The position numbers were made by a program, and so were the translations under genes. Positions 7,386-16,938 of a stretch of 64,000 bases of DNA are shown in pieces (position 1 is the first letter of the stretch; every line of letters begins with the position of its first letter). This DNA is from an uncultured Chloroflexia bacterium (lineage in GTDB: Bacteria; Chloroflexota; Limnocylindria; Limnocylindrales; CSP1-4): assembly GCA_963712745.1 (NCBI GenBank), contig CAVQJC010000001.1:1-64000 (forward strand), read 5' to 3'. Under the pieces are notes generated by a model. It did no database searches. It was not told the origin of the DNA and saw only the letters and a list, made by a program, of their open reading frames with translations.

Positions 7386-9147
7386 CGACAGCGCTCTACG
7401 CCAGGGTGTCCTCCGAGCGCCAGGAGCGCGAGCAGACCATCGACTCCCAGATCGCGGCGCTCGAGGCCTTCGCCTTGAAGCTCGAGGGCACGGTCGAGCT
7501 CTACGCCGACGACGGCGTCCACGGCGGCAGCCTCGACCGGCCGGCGATGAAGAAGCTCCGCGACGCCCTCGCCGCGGGCATGCACGAGGCCCTCGTGGTC
7601 TACGACATCGACCGCTTGAGGCGCGACCAGGCCGACCTCTACCAGCTCGTCTACCGCGAGGTCATCGGGCGCGGTGTCGCGCTCTACGTGGCCAAGACCG
7701 GAGCCCGCTTCGAGGACACCGCCGAGGGCGATGCCCTCTTCGCGATGTTCGCGGCCTTCGCCAAGATCGAGCGCCGCCGCATCGGCGAGCGTGCCCGCCG
7801 GGGTGCCAAGCACCGCGCGAAGGTCGAGGGCCGCGGTCAACGGCGGCATCCCCACGCTACGGCTTCGCCTTCGAGGACGGCCGCCACGTGCTCGTCCCCG
7901 ACGAGGTCGCCTGGTGCCGCCAGATGAGCGCGTGGCTGCTCGTCGGGCATCACCCCCGGGGTCATCGCCGAGCGCCTCGCGCTCCACGGGGTGCCCACCC
8001 GCTACGACACGCTGGGCATCGTGCGCAAGGGCAGCCGGCGCCTGCCCAACACCTGGTATCCCGACCAGGTCCGGCGCATCCTCACCGACCGCCTCTACGG
8101 TGGCGAGTGGGTCTACCACGCCTGGGACGGCAGCGAGATCGTCGTGCCGGTGCCGGCCATCTTCACCTCCGCCGAGCAGGAGGCCCACCGGGCCCGGATC
8201 GCCCGCAACGTGGCGGTGAAGAAGCGCGCCGACGGCCCGGTCAACCTCCTGCGCGGCCTCGTCGTCTGCGGGATGTGCGGTCGACGCTACCTCGCGGGCT
8301 ACGCGTCGCGAGCAGCGCATCTACCGCTGTGGGGTGTGGCACCGGCCCAAGCGCCTGCGCGACTGCGCCAACAAGGGCTGGACCGCGCGGAAGCTCGAGG
8401 GCATCGTGTGGTCGGTCGTGGAGGCCTTCCTCGCCGGACCCCGCCACCTCGCTCGCGGCGGTCGAGGCGCAGGGCCACGACCCCGACCAGCCCGAGCTGC
8501 GCATCGCCGGGCTCGAGCGACGTCTCGGCGAGCTCGAGGCCGAGGACGCCAGGGTGCGGGCCGGCTTCCGGGCGGGTATCTGGGACGCCGCCGGGGCACG
8601 GGCCGAGCTGGGACGCTCGGCCAAGGCGCGCACGCTCATCGAGGGCGAGATCGCCGACATGCGCAAGCGCGCGGTCCAGCAGGCCCGCCTCGCCGACCTC
8701 GAGCGGGCAGCCGCCGAGCTGCGGGGCCATCTGCCCGCGCTATCACACGAGGCTCGGGGCCAGGTGCTCGCCGAGCTGGTCGAACGCATCACAGTGACGG
8801 AGGAACTCGTGGAGATCCAGCTCATCGTGCCCATCGCGAGGCGCGGAGGGGGCCATCCAGCAGCAGAACCCCACAGAGAGACCGGCCAGGCGCTCCCAGG
8901 TCACGATGGCGTGGTACTCGGTGCGCTCCTCTCCCCCGCGATACTCGTTGGTGGCCACGCTGAAGTTGGTGACCGTCTTGCCGCTGGGCAGCGAGCGCAT
9001 CTCCGGGTCACGAGTGAGTCGTCCGGTCAACAGGACACGGTTCATGAGGACCTCCCTTGCCGGACGATCACACGAGGCGTCCGGCTCTCGACACTGCGGC
9101 GGGTATCGACTTCGGCGGGTCCTCGGCGAACGGTGAGGGCACGATAG
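7382..9147 (+). CDS. Large serine recombinase (integrase), multiply frameshifted; homologous part ends near 8835, frame stays open to 9147
   Basis: LYARVSSERQ catalytic Ser, YDIDRLRR, recombinase domain (YGF...VRRILTDRLYGG), Zn ribbon LLRGLVVCGMCG..YRC..C, coiled coil, ELVERITV. Confidence 0.9.
8884..9045 (-). pseudogene. ssb: 5' half of single-stranded DNA-binding protein gene, interrupted by the element
   Basis: GGAGG SD; MNRVLLTGRLTRDPEMRSLPSGKTVTNFSVATNEY..TEYHAIVTWERLA, after which SSB homology stops. Confidence 0.85.
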
Positions 9148-9370
9148 CGAGGGGCGCTTATCACGTCGTCAACCAGCGCTTATCGCGGGCTGCGCACAAG
9201 CGCTCGTTGCAGTCGCGAAACCCACGCGCGCCCGGCCGAGCAGGAGCGGGCTGACCCGCGGCGGGGAGCGGCCGCCGTGGTAGGGTCCGAGCGGCCTTGC
9301 TCCGCAAGAGTCAGGGAGTCCGGCAAGGACCACGGAGTTCGGCCCGAGGCACGAAGGATGGAGCAACCAC

Positions 9371-10351
9371 ATGCCCGCTACCGACCCTGCGGCCGCACCG
9401 AGCCACGAGCAGGCTCCGCCGCGAGCAGCGAGCGATGGATACAGACCCGTCGAGTTCACGTCTGATGGAGCGACGTTGCGGGGACGGCTCTACCTGCCCG
9501 GCAGACCGCACGCTGCGGTCGTCGTCATGGGGCATGGCTTCTCAGCGACCATCCCGATGGTCATGGACCGCTATGCCGAATGTCTCCGTGATGGCGGCCT
9601 GGCGGTGCTGGCATTCGACCATCGGGGGCACGGCACGAGTGACGGCGAGCCGCGAGGCGAGATCAACCACTGGGTGCAGGCGCGTGGCTTCATCGACGCC
9701 ATGAGCGCGGCCCGCGCCATGGCGGACGTCGGGTCGGCCCCGATCGCGCTCTGGAGCGACAGCATGAGCGCCCGCGTCGCCGTCGCCGTGACCGCTCTCG
9801 ACGATCGAGTCAGCGCCCTAGTCTGCCAGGTGCCGGCCTTCGGTGACAAACCTGGGGTCGATGACCCGGACGGCGCCCGGCTGGCGGCCATGGCACGGTT
9901 CCTGACGGCGGGCCGACTGCGTCGACCGTCCGGCTGGGTGTCGTCGCCGGTCGTATCCGCGGACCAGACCACGAACCCGTCCGCGCTGAAGCCGTTGACC
10001 GCATTCCGCTGGTTCATCGAATACGGCGGGCGCTACGGCACCGGCTGGACGAACCGGGTCGTCTTCACCACGGCGGACGATGCACCCCCCTTGGACCCGT
10101 TCGCCTGTGCTGCGCAGATACGAGTACCCACGCTGGTGGTCATGTCGCCCGACGACGAGATGGAGGGCGCGGTGAGTAGCGTCACCCGGGCGGTCTTCGA
10201 ACGTCTCCCGGGGCCAAAGGAACTGCTGGAGATAGATGGAGGGCACTTCGGTCTCCTGGAGTACCCCGGCGCCCTGTTCGACCAAGCCAGCCGGGCCCAG
10301 GTGGCTTTCCTGGCTCGAACCATGTCCCGGCCTGGCTCACACTCGGCGTAG
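9371..10351 (+). CDS. Alpha/beta-fold hydrolase
   Basis: VVVMGHGFS, AFDHRGHGTSDGEPR, nucleophile-elbow-like WSDSMSA, GGHF. Confidence 0.85.
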   Translation: MPATDPAAAPSHEQAPPRAASDGYRPVEFTSDGATLRGRLYLPGRPHAAVVVMGHGFSATIPMVMDRYAECLRDGGLAVLAFDHRGHGTSDGEPRGEINHWVQARGFIDAMSAARAMADVGSAPIALWSDSMSARVAVAVTALDDRVSALVCQVPAFGDKPGVDDPDGARLAAMARFLTAGRLRRPSGWVSSPVVSADQTTNPSALKPLTAFRWFIEYGGRYGTGWTNRVVFTTADDAPPLDPFACAAQIRVPTLVVMSPDDEMEGAVSSVTRAVFERLPGPKELLEIDGGHFGLLEYPGALFDQASRAQVAFLARTMSRPGSHSA

Positions 10352-10562
10352 CCACGACCGACCCGCGCGGGTCGCGTTCGCGCACTGCGACTGGCGCAGC
10401 GAGCGCCAAGGCGCGTGACGCTTTCGCCCGAGTGCGCCCTGCCCGCGCTCATGGGCCCCTCGGCACTTCCACGGCTCTTCATCGTCGCGGTACAGTGTGT
10501 GGATACGATCTGAATTCCTACTCGGGATCCTTGCCGTGAGGAGCCGTGTGACCGACTGGGAC

Positions 10563-11549
10563 ATGTCGAGATCGGGGGATCTTCGGCTGCGCAACGAGCG
10601 CTTGCTGCTGCTTGGCCTTGCCTGCTACGCCCTGCTCGTCGGTGCGCTCATCTTCCAGAATCCTGCGGCCATCACGCCCGACGTCGTGGTCGTGGCCGTC
10701 GCGCTCGCGGGCGTCCTGCTCATCCGTGGACGCTGGTGGGTCTCCCACTGGGTCCCCATCGTGGCCCTCCTCCTGGCCTACGAGCTGATGCGTGGCCTGG
10801 CCGACGATGCCGGCTTCCCGCTCCACATGGAAGACCTCATCGCGGCCGAGCGCCTGCTCGGTCTGGGTGCCCTGCCGACGCAGGTGCTGCAGGAGGCGAT
10901 ACGCCCGGTGGCAGGCATCGACTGGGTGGCATTGCTGTCCACGGGTGTGTACATGCTCCATTTCCTCGTCCCCATCACCACCGGCGCGCTGCTGTGGATG
11001 TGGCGCCGCGACCAGTTCCATGACTTCATGGCCGCGCTCATCGTGCTCAGCATGGCCGCGTTCGTGACCTACCTGTTGCTGCCGGCAGCCCCACCCTGGT
11101 ATGCGGCCAACGCCGGCCTGCTGAACGGGCCCGACGGCCTGCCACTCATCGCCTACCTGAAGCCGGAGACCTTCGCTGACGTGGGTGCCTCGCTGGGCCT
11201 CGACGGCAACAACGTCTATGACACGGTCTTCTATGCGGCGGGGCCGAACGACGTGGCGGCCTGGCCATCGCTCCACGTGGCCTACCCGTTCCTCGCCTTC
11301 CTCGTGCTGCGGCGAGCCTTCGGCCGCATCGCCTGGGTCGTGGCCGGCTACGCGCTGGTCGTGGCCTTCTCGGTCGTCTACACCGGTGACCACTGGGTCC
11401 ACGACTGCGTCGCGGGAGCGGCCTACGCCTACGTGGCCTACTACCTGGTGGTGCATACGCCGGTGGCGGTGCGTGAGTGGTTCGACCGCACGTTCATGCC
11501 CTCGAGCGAACCGGTGTCTGCCCGCTCCACCATCAGCGAGGCCGACTGA
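10563..11549 (+). CDS. PAP2-family membrane phosphoesterase (Aur1/IPC synthase-like)
   Basis: Multiple TM segments; PAAPPWY, AAWPSLHVAY, VYTGDHWVHD. Confidence 0.85.
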   Translation: MSRSGDLRLRNERLLLLGLACYALLVGALIFQNPAAITPDVVVVAVALAGVLLIRGRWWVSHWVPIVALLLAYELMRGLADDAGFPLHMEDLIAAERLLGLGALPTQVLQEAIRPVAGIDWVALLSTGVYMLHFLVPITTGALLWMWRRDQFHDFMAALIVLSMAAFVTYLLLPAAPPWYAANAGLLNGPDGLPLIAYLKPETFADVGASLGLDGNNVYDTVFYAAGPNDVAAWPSLHVAYPFLAFLVLRRAFGRIAWVVAGYALVVAFSVVYTGDHWVHDCVAGAAYAYVAYYLVVHTPVAVREWFDRTFMPSSEPVSARSTISEAD

Positions 11550-11700
11550 TCCCTACCATGCGAACTGGTTCGGGTGGATGCCGACCTGTGTCGCGGGCCC
11601 ACGGCTCGGTCGGGCCGAGCTCCCGCCTGCCGCTGACCCTTCCGGCGCCCGGTGGCCGAACGCTTGCCACGTACGGCGCCGGCAAGAGGTGGGCTCCACG

Positions 11701-12420
11701 ATGACCTTGCCGGGGGCGGTCGCCCGCTGGCTCGACGCACTGGGCGAGGGGGCTTCGGCACCCGACACCGCCGTTATCGAAGGCCGGTCACGCTTCCGCC
11801 GCAACGGCCGAGGCCTGTGGCTGCCGATCACAGCGGTGATGTGGCACGAGCTCGGTCGGAACCACGTGGCTGACCTTCGCGTCGGCTTGGGGCCGCTGAC
11901 GTTCGTGCGCGGCCTGGACGGCTACGTCGACGGCACCGGCTTCAGCCGCATCAGTCACACGCTCGACATGGGCCCCGAGATCGACCAGTCGGCGGTGCTG
12001 TTCATGTGGGCTGAGGCGGTGCTGTTCCCGGCCGCCTGGCATGGCCGGGAGGAAGTCGAGTGGTCCGCCATCGACGACCACGCCGCCGACGTCTCACTGC
12101 CGTTCGGCGACGTCCTCGTGCCGGCGCGGCTGACGTTCGACCCAGGCTCCGGTTACCCGCAGCGCTTCAGCGCGGAACGCCACAAGGGAGTGGGCGCGGC
12201 CAAGGTCGAGTGGATCGTCGACTACACCGATTGGGGGCCGACCGAGGACGGCGTGACGCTGCCGGGCACGGCCACGGTGACCTGGACCGATGAGCCGGGC
12301 CCGTGGTTCCGCATGCACATCGACCGCGCCAATCCCGGCGCTGACGTCAGCGCGGCCCTGGCCCGGGGGCGGGCGGTGCTGGCGGCCGCCGCCGCCGACC
12401 CTATACGCAGGCCCCGCTGA
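11701..12420 (+). CDS. Hypothetical protein (DUF6544-like)
   Basis: Clean ORF; GLDGYVDGTG..GPEIDQSA..WAEAVLFP..VEWSAIDD pattern. Confidence 0.6.
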   Translation: MTLPGAVARWLDALGEGASAPDTAVIEGRSRFRRNGRGLWLPITAVMWHELGRNHVADLRVGLGPLTFVRGLDGYVDGTGFSRISHTLDMGPEIDQSAVLFMWAEAVLFPAAWHGREEVEWSAIDDHAADVSLPFGDVLVPARLTFDPGSGYPQRFSAERHKGVGAAKVEWIVDYTDWGPTEDGVTLPGTATVTWTDEPGPWFRMHIDRANPGADVSAALARGRAVLAAAAADPIRRPR

Positions 12421-12485
12421 TGGCGGTCGCGGACGTATCGTGCTGCTCGTCGGAACCGATCTCTACCAGGGAGCGTCTCATCGAC

Positions 12486-13331
12486 ATGCAGCATCTCCTT
12501 CGTCCTGCCCTGCTCGCTCTGCTCGTGCTCACCGTTCTACCCGGCGCCTCGGCCGCGTCCGACACCGACAGCACTCCGGGGGCCGGTGCGCGGGCCGATC
12601 CGGTCTATGTCAATTCGACCGAGATCCTCTACCTCGAGAGCTTCCCGGTGCAGCTGGATCTGCTGGTGGAGGGTTCGCTCCCGACTCCCTGCCACGAGCC
12701 CATGTGGGAAATCGATGACACTGGCAGTAGCGTCGACGTCCGCCTTTGGAGCGAGGCCCCACCAGAGGCGGCCTGCATCGCCATCCTGGAGCCGGTGGAG
12801 TTGCGCATCCCACTCGGCTCGTACGAAACGGCCAACGTGGCGGTGTCGCTCAACGGTGACCCGGTCGGCCGCATCGGGGTCGGACAGGGCGGAGCAGACG
12901 AGCCCGACCTGCTCGGCGCAGGCTGGTCGTTCGGGATGTGCCTGGGCTACTGCGGCGCAGACCTCGAGGTGAAGGACGACCGGCTGTCCATGAGCGGGTG
13001 GGACCGCGAGGCCTCGCAGCCGCTCTATGCCAACGCGGGCATGCTGACCCCAGCCGGCCGTGAGCGACTCGCGGCAGCACTCGAGGGCGTCGATGTCGGA
13101 TCGCTCGAGGCCACCTACGGATGCCCGGACTGCGCCGATGGCGGAGCGGCCTACATCCTGCTCGGCGCTGGAGATACCCCGAGCCGCCACGACATGGAGT
13201 TCGGCCGCCCGCCGCCCGAGTTGACCGAGGTCTGCGAGCTGACGGCAGCCATGATGTCGGCGCTCGAGGCGTGCCGCTCGGACGAGCTGGTCACGGTCGA
13301 CGACGACTGCGAGGCCTACCAGAGGCGCTGA
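12486..13331 (+). CDS. Secreted Cys-rich hypothetical protein
   Basis: Signal peptide; ESFPVQ..GSLPTPC, SFGMCLGYC, YGCPDCADGG. Confidence 0.65.
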   Translation: MQHLLRPALLALLVLTVLPGASAASDTDSTPGAGARADPVYVNSTEILYLESFPVQLDLLVEGSLPTPCHEPMWEIDDTGSSVDVRLWSEAPPEAACIAILEPVELRIPLGSYETANVAVSLNGDPVGRIGVGQGGADEPDLLGAGWSFGMCLGYCGADLEVKDDRLSMSGWDREASQPLYANAGMLTPAGRERLAAALEGVDVGSLEATYGCPDCADGGAAYILLGAGDTPSRHDMEFGRPPPELTEVCELTAAMMSALEACRSDELVTVDDDCEAYQRR

Positions 13332-14174
13332 TCAGCGCCTCTCGTCGGCGAACAGCTCCCGCCTGGGCAGGCCGGTCTCCTCGGCCACGATCCGAGCGGC
13401 CGACGAACGCTTGACGCCCTCGGCCACGAGCCGGTCCACGCGTGCCCACCCGTCCGCCAGGCTGAGCGAGGCCGTGGCCTCGGCCGTGGCGCCGGCGACC
13501 ACGATGACGACCTCGCCCCTGATCGGCTCGGACGCTGCGGCCGCGGCCAGCTCCGCGAGCGTGCCGCGGCGGACCTCCTCGTGCAGCTTGGTCAGCTCTC
13601 GCGCCAGGGCCGCTCGGCGGTCTCCGCCGCAGGCCCCGGCCAGGTCACGCAGTGTCGCCGCCGTTCGGCCGTGCGCCTCAAAGAGGACCGTGGCCCGGTC
13701 GTCGGAGGAGATGCGCGAAAGGCGCTCGCGCCGCTCGCGACCCTTGCGCGGCAGGAAGCCCTCGAAGCCCCAGCGCGGTGCGGGGATGCCGCTGGCTACC
13801 AGCGCGGACAGCACCGCCGAGGCACCGGGGATGGGCACGACGACGCCGCCAGTGGCGACCCAGGCAGCGACCAGCACCTCGCCGGGATCGCTCACCAGGG
13901 GCGTGCCGGCATCGGTCACGAGCGCCACGTCGTCGCCCGACTCGAGCCGCTCGACGAGCTGCTGCGTACGCCGGTCGTCGCTGTGGGCGTGGTAGCTGAG
14001 CAGCGGCGTCGCGATCTCGTAGCGGGACCACAGCTTGCGCGTGACGCGCGTGTCCTCGGCGGCTACGACCGCCACCGAGCGCAGTACCTCGAGCGCGCGC
14101 AGCGTGATGTCGCCGAGGTTGCCGATGGGCGTGGCCACCACGAAGAGCGTGCCGCGGCCGCTCTCCCCGGCCAC
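13332..14174 (-). CDS. rsmI: 16S rRNA (cytidine1402-2'-O)-methyltransferase
   Basis: LFVVATPIGNLGDITLRAL, AEDTR, VTDAGTPLVSDPG, RELTKLHEE. Confidence 0.95.
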   Translation of the reverse strand: MAGESGRGTLFVVATPIGNLGDITLRALEVLRSVAVVAAEDTRVTRKLWSRYEIATPLLSYHAHSDDRRTQQLVERLESGDDVALVTDAGTPLVSDPGEVLVAAWVATGGVVVPIPGASAVLSALVASGIPAPRWGFEGFLPRKGRERRERLSRISSDDRATVLFEAHGRTAATLRDLAGACGGDRRAALARELTKLHEEVRRGTLAELAAAAASEPIRGEVVIVVAGATAEATASLSLADGWARVDRLVAEGVKRSSAARIVAEETGLPRRELFADERR

Positions 14175-14175
14175 G

Positions 14176-15045
14176 TCAGTCGCGCGCCGAGCGCGGACGG
14201 CGGCGGGGGTAGAGGTAGTCGATGCCGGCCGTGCGCGGCCCGATCTTGGCGATCGGCGGCACCTGCCGCTTGAACTCCGAGGCGGCGACCATGCGGTCGA
14301 TCCGCGCCACCATCTCCGGCTCGAAGCCGTCGGCCGCGATCTCGTCGAGCGACAGCCGCCGGTCGACCAGTCGGAACAGGATGCGGTCGAGCTCGGCATA
14401 CGAGAAGCCGACCTCCTCCTCGTCGGTCTGCCCGGGCCAGAGGTCGGCCGAGGGCGCCTTGGCGATGATGGCCTCTGGCACGTCCATGGCCGCGCTCAGC
14501 TGACGGACCTGCGACTTGTAGATGTCGCCGATGGGGTTGAAGGCGCTGGCGCTGTCGCCCCAGAGCGTGCTGTAGCCGATGAGCGTCTCGGTCTTGTTGC
14601 CCGTCCCGATGACCAGCCCGCCCCAGGTCACCGAGTGGTCGTACAGCACCATCATCCGGGCGCGGGCCATGAAGTTGCCGCGTCGCAGCGGGACGGCATC
14701 GGCGCGGCTCTCGTCGAAGTAGCCGTCCACGATGGCGCTGATGTCCACCAGCTCGCTCGAGCAGCCGAGTCGGCGCACGACCTCCTCGGCGTCAGCCCGG
14801 GAGACCGGCGACGAGGTCCGGTAGGGCATCAGTACGGCCAGCACGTGCTCCGCCCCGATGGCCTCCGCCGCGAGGTAGGCCACGAGCGCCGAGTCGATGC
14901 CGCCCGAGAGGCCGACCAGGGCCTTGTCGAAGCCGGCCTGGGCGAGCTGGGCGCGGATGAACTCGCCGATGATGCGGCGCGCGGCGGAGGTATCGATGGC
15001 CAGCTCCGCCGGCAGCTCGAAGGCCGGTTTCGGGGGGGCAGTCAT
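14176..15045 (-). CDS. nadE: NAD+ synthetase (synthetase subunit)
   Basis: GLSGGIDS, GNFMARARM, GTGNKTE, KAPSADLWPGQTDE. Confidence 0.95.
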   Translation of the reverse strand: MTAPPKPAFELPAELAIDTSAARRIIGEFIRAQLAQAGFDKALVGLSGGIDSALVAYLAAEAIGAEHVLAVLMPYRTSSPVSRADAEEVVRRLGCSSELVDISAIVDGYFDESRADAVPLRRGNFMARARMMVLYDHSVTWGGLVIGTGNKTETLIGYSTLWGDSASAFNPIGDIYKSQVRQLSAAMDVPEAIIAKAPSADLWPGQTDEEEVGFSYAELDRILFRLVDRRLSLDEIAADGFEPEMVARIDRMVAASEFKRQVPPIAKIGPRTAGIDYLYPRRRPRSARD

Positions 15046-15937
15046 GGCCGCTTGGCGCTGCGGGCGTTGCGCTCCAGGCGCTCGCCGATGATCTGGTCGA
15101 GCTGACGGATGACGACTTCCGGACGCTCGTCGCGCAGCAGTGGCGAGGCGATGCGCTCGCGGCGCAGTTCGGCCGGCTCGATATGCGTGACGTAGAGGCC
15201 CTCGTCGTGGGTCGGCGCGCGGAAGACGCTGGCGCCGTTGGGCGCCACCACCTCGGAGCCGCCCCAGAAGGTGATCGACTCGTCCACGCCGACGCGATTG
15301 ACGAAGATGACGTAGCTCGTCGTCAGTTGTGCGTAGGTGCGGTTGAGCGAGCGCCACGATTCGGCCGTGCCCAGGCCCAGCTCGTTGATGGCGGCCACGT
15401 CACGACCCGGCGAGGAGGAGACGTTGATGAGCACCTGCGCGCCGTCGAGCGCAAGCAGCTGCGCCGTGGCCAGGTGCCAGAAGTCCTCGCACACGCTGAT
15501 GCCAAGGCGCAGGTCGAGGTTCTCCGAGTTGGCCGCGCGGATGGTCGAGCCCAGGAGCGAAGAAGCGGCGCTCGTCGAAGAGGCCGTAGGTGGGCAGGAA
15601 GACCTTGCGATGGACGTGGCGGATGCCCTGGTTCTCCAGCAGGGCCGCCGAGATGAATAGCTTGTGGTCCGACGATTCCTCGACGAACGAGACGATCGAC
15701 GCTCATGGGCCCGGCTGCCCTGGCCAGCTCCAGCAACCGCGGGTCGTTGCGCCGGATGGCGACCTCCGCGTTGAGGTCCTGGAGCAGGTAGCCGGTCAGG
15801 CCCAGCTCCGGGAAGACGACGAGGTTCGCTTCGTGCCCGCGAGCTTCCGCGATGAGCCGGTGGTGGCGCTCGAGGTTGTCGTCGAGCGCACCGAGCCGAG
15901 GTGCGATCTGGGCGAGCGCGACGCGGATCGGTGCCAT
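15042..15937 (-). CDS. Carbon-nitrogen hydrolase (probable glutaminase partner of NadE), frameshifted
   Basis: VALAQIAPRLG, VFPELGLTGY, VCEDFWH, VNRVGVDE; overlaps nadE start. Confidence 0.85.
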
Positions 15938-15979
15938 GGCGCAGAGTGTATGCCGCGGGAGGCGCGGGGTCGCGGCCGC

Positions 15980-16363
15980 TCAGTACGTCTCGACACGAAC
16001 CGGCGTCAGGGCGAAGTCCTTGACGTTGCGCGTGAGGACGGCCGCATCGACCGCGTCCGCCGCGGCGGCGACGAGGCGTCCGGCCAGGCTCAGGTGGTAG
16101 CCCCGCGACGTCGCGCGATCTCGCCACGCACCGGCCAGCACCGCTGCGTCAGCTGGCCCGGCTGGATGAACTCGACCGGCTCGAAGAAGGCATGGAACGT
16201 CGGGAAGCTCCTCGTCGCGGGTACCGGCGCGGACCTCGCAGACGACGATCTCGTTGACGAACGGCTCGTCGCCAGCCTCGAACAACGCACGGTAGCGCTC
16301 GATCGCCTCTGGCAGGCCGCGCATGTGGTCGATCACGAAGGCGGAGTCGAGCAGCAGCCTCAT
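15980..16363 (-). CDS. vapC: PIN-domain toxin (internal frameshifts)
   Basis: MRLLLDSAFVIDHMRG, NEIVVCEV, VLTRNVKDF. Confidence 0.8.
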   Translation of the reverse strand: MRLLLDSAFVIDHMRGLPEAIERYRALFEAGDEPFVNEIVVCEVRAGTRDEELPDVPCLLRAGRVHPAGPADAAVLAGAWRDRATSRGYHLSLAGRLVAAAADAVDAAVLTRNVKDFALTPVRVETY

Positions 16364-16682
16364 CGCGGAGTCGGGCTCCGTGCTGGTCTCCTCCGCGCGC
16401 ATCTCTCGTACCCACGCGACGACGTCCGCGGATGTCCGCCAGTGCGGGTAGTGCTCGCATGGGCAGGGAACCGGCGGTTTGTTCGATGGATACGCGTAGA
16501 CTGCTCACGCTTGATGGCCTTGCGTAGCGCCTCCTCAGCGAAGGCACTGCGATTACGAGGGCCCGCGACCTTGTCGAGGTCCTCGACCAGATCCTCGGGC
16601 AGGCTCAGGTTGACCGGGATCGGCGCCTGGGTTCCGGCAAAGGAGTCGAGGTCCAGTCGACCGGTACCGTGCGTACAGCCAT
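16360..16682 (-). CDS. RHH antitoxin (VapB-like), frameshifted, start uncertain
   Basis: VNLSLPEDLVEDLDKVAGPRNRSAFAEEALRKAI; directly upstream of vapC; tandem TGCGTACAG near 16670-16690. Confidence 0.65.
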
Positions 16683-16938
16683 GCGTACAGTCATTGCGCA
16701 GACTCGTGCGCAGAGTCAAGGGACGACCGGGCCACCGCGTGACGACGTGATCCCACGCGGTGCTAGGCTTCCGGAACGCCGCGAAGGGTGCGAGCGCTCT
16801 GCCGCGTCGCGCACCTGCGGGTGGCTGTTGAGGAGGACGGCTCGACCGAACCAGGGACATCGTCAGCCGATGTCCGTGGTCAGCCGACGACTCTAGGGAG
16901 TGCCCCCGTCGCCGTCGCGGCGAGAATGAGGAGACGAG

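Larger units (their letters stand above)
1..8885 (+). mobile_element. Integrated element (prophage/satellite/ICE-like replication-recombination module with large serine integrase); right end in ssb, left end probably outside the window
   Basis: Co-oriented, often stop/start-overlapping genes for RHH, SSB-like, Prim-Pol, AAA_25 helicase, exonuclease, VRR-NUC and serine recombinase, abutting a truncated ssb. No capsid or conjugation genes seen. Whether 1-1500 belongs to the element is uncertain. Confidence 0.8.
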
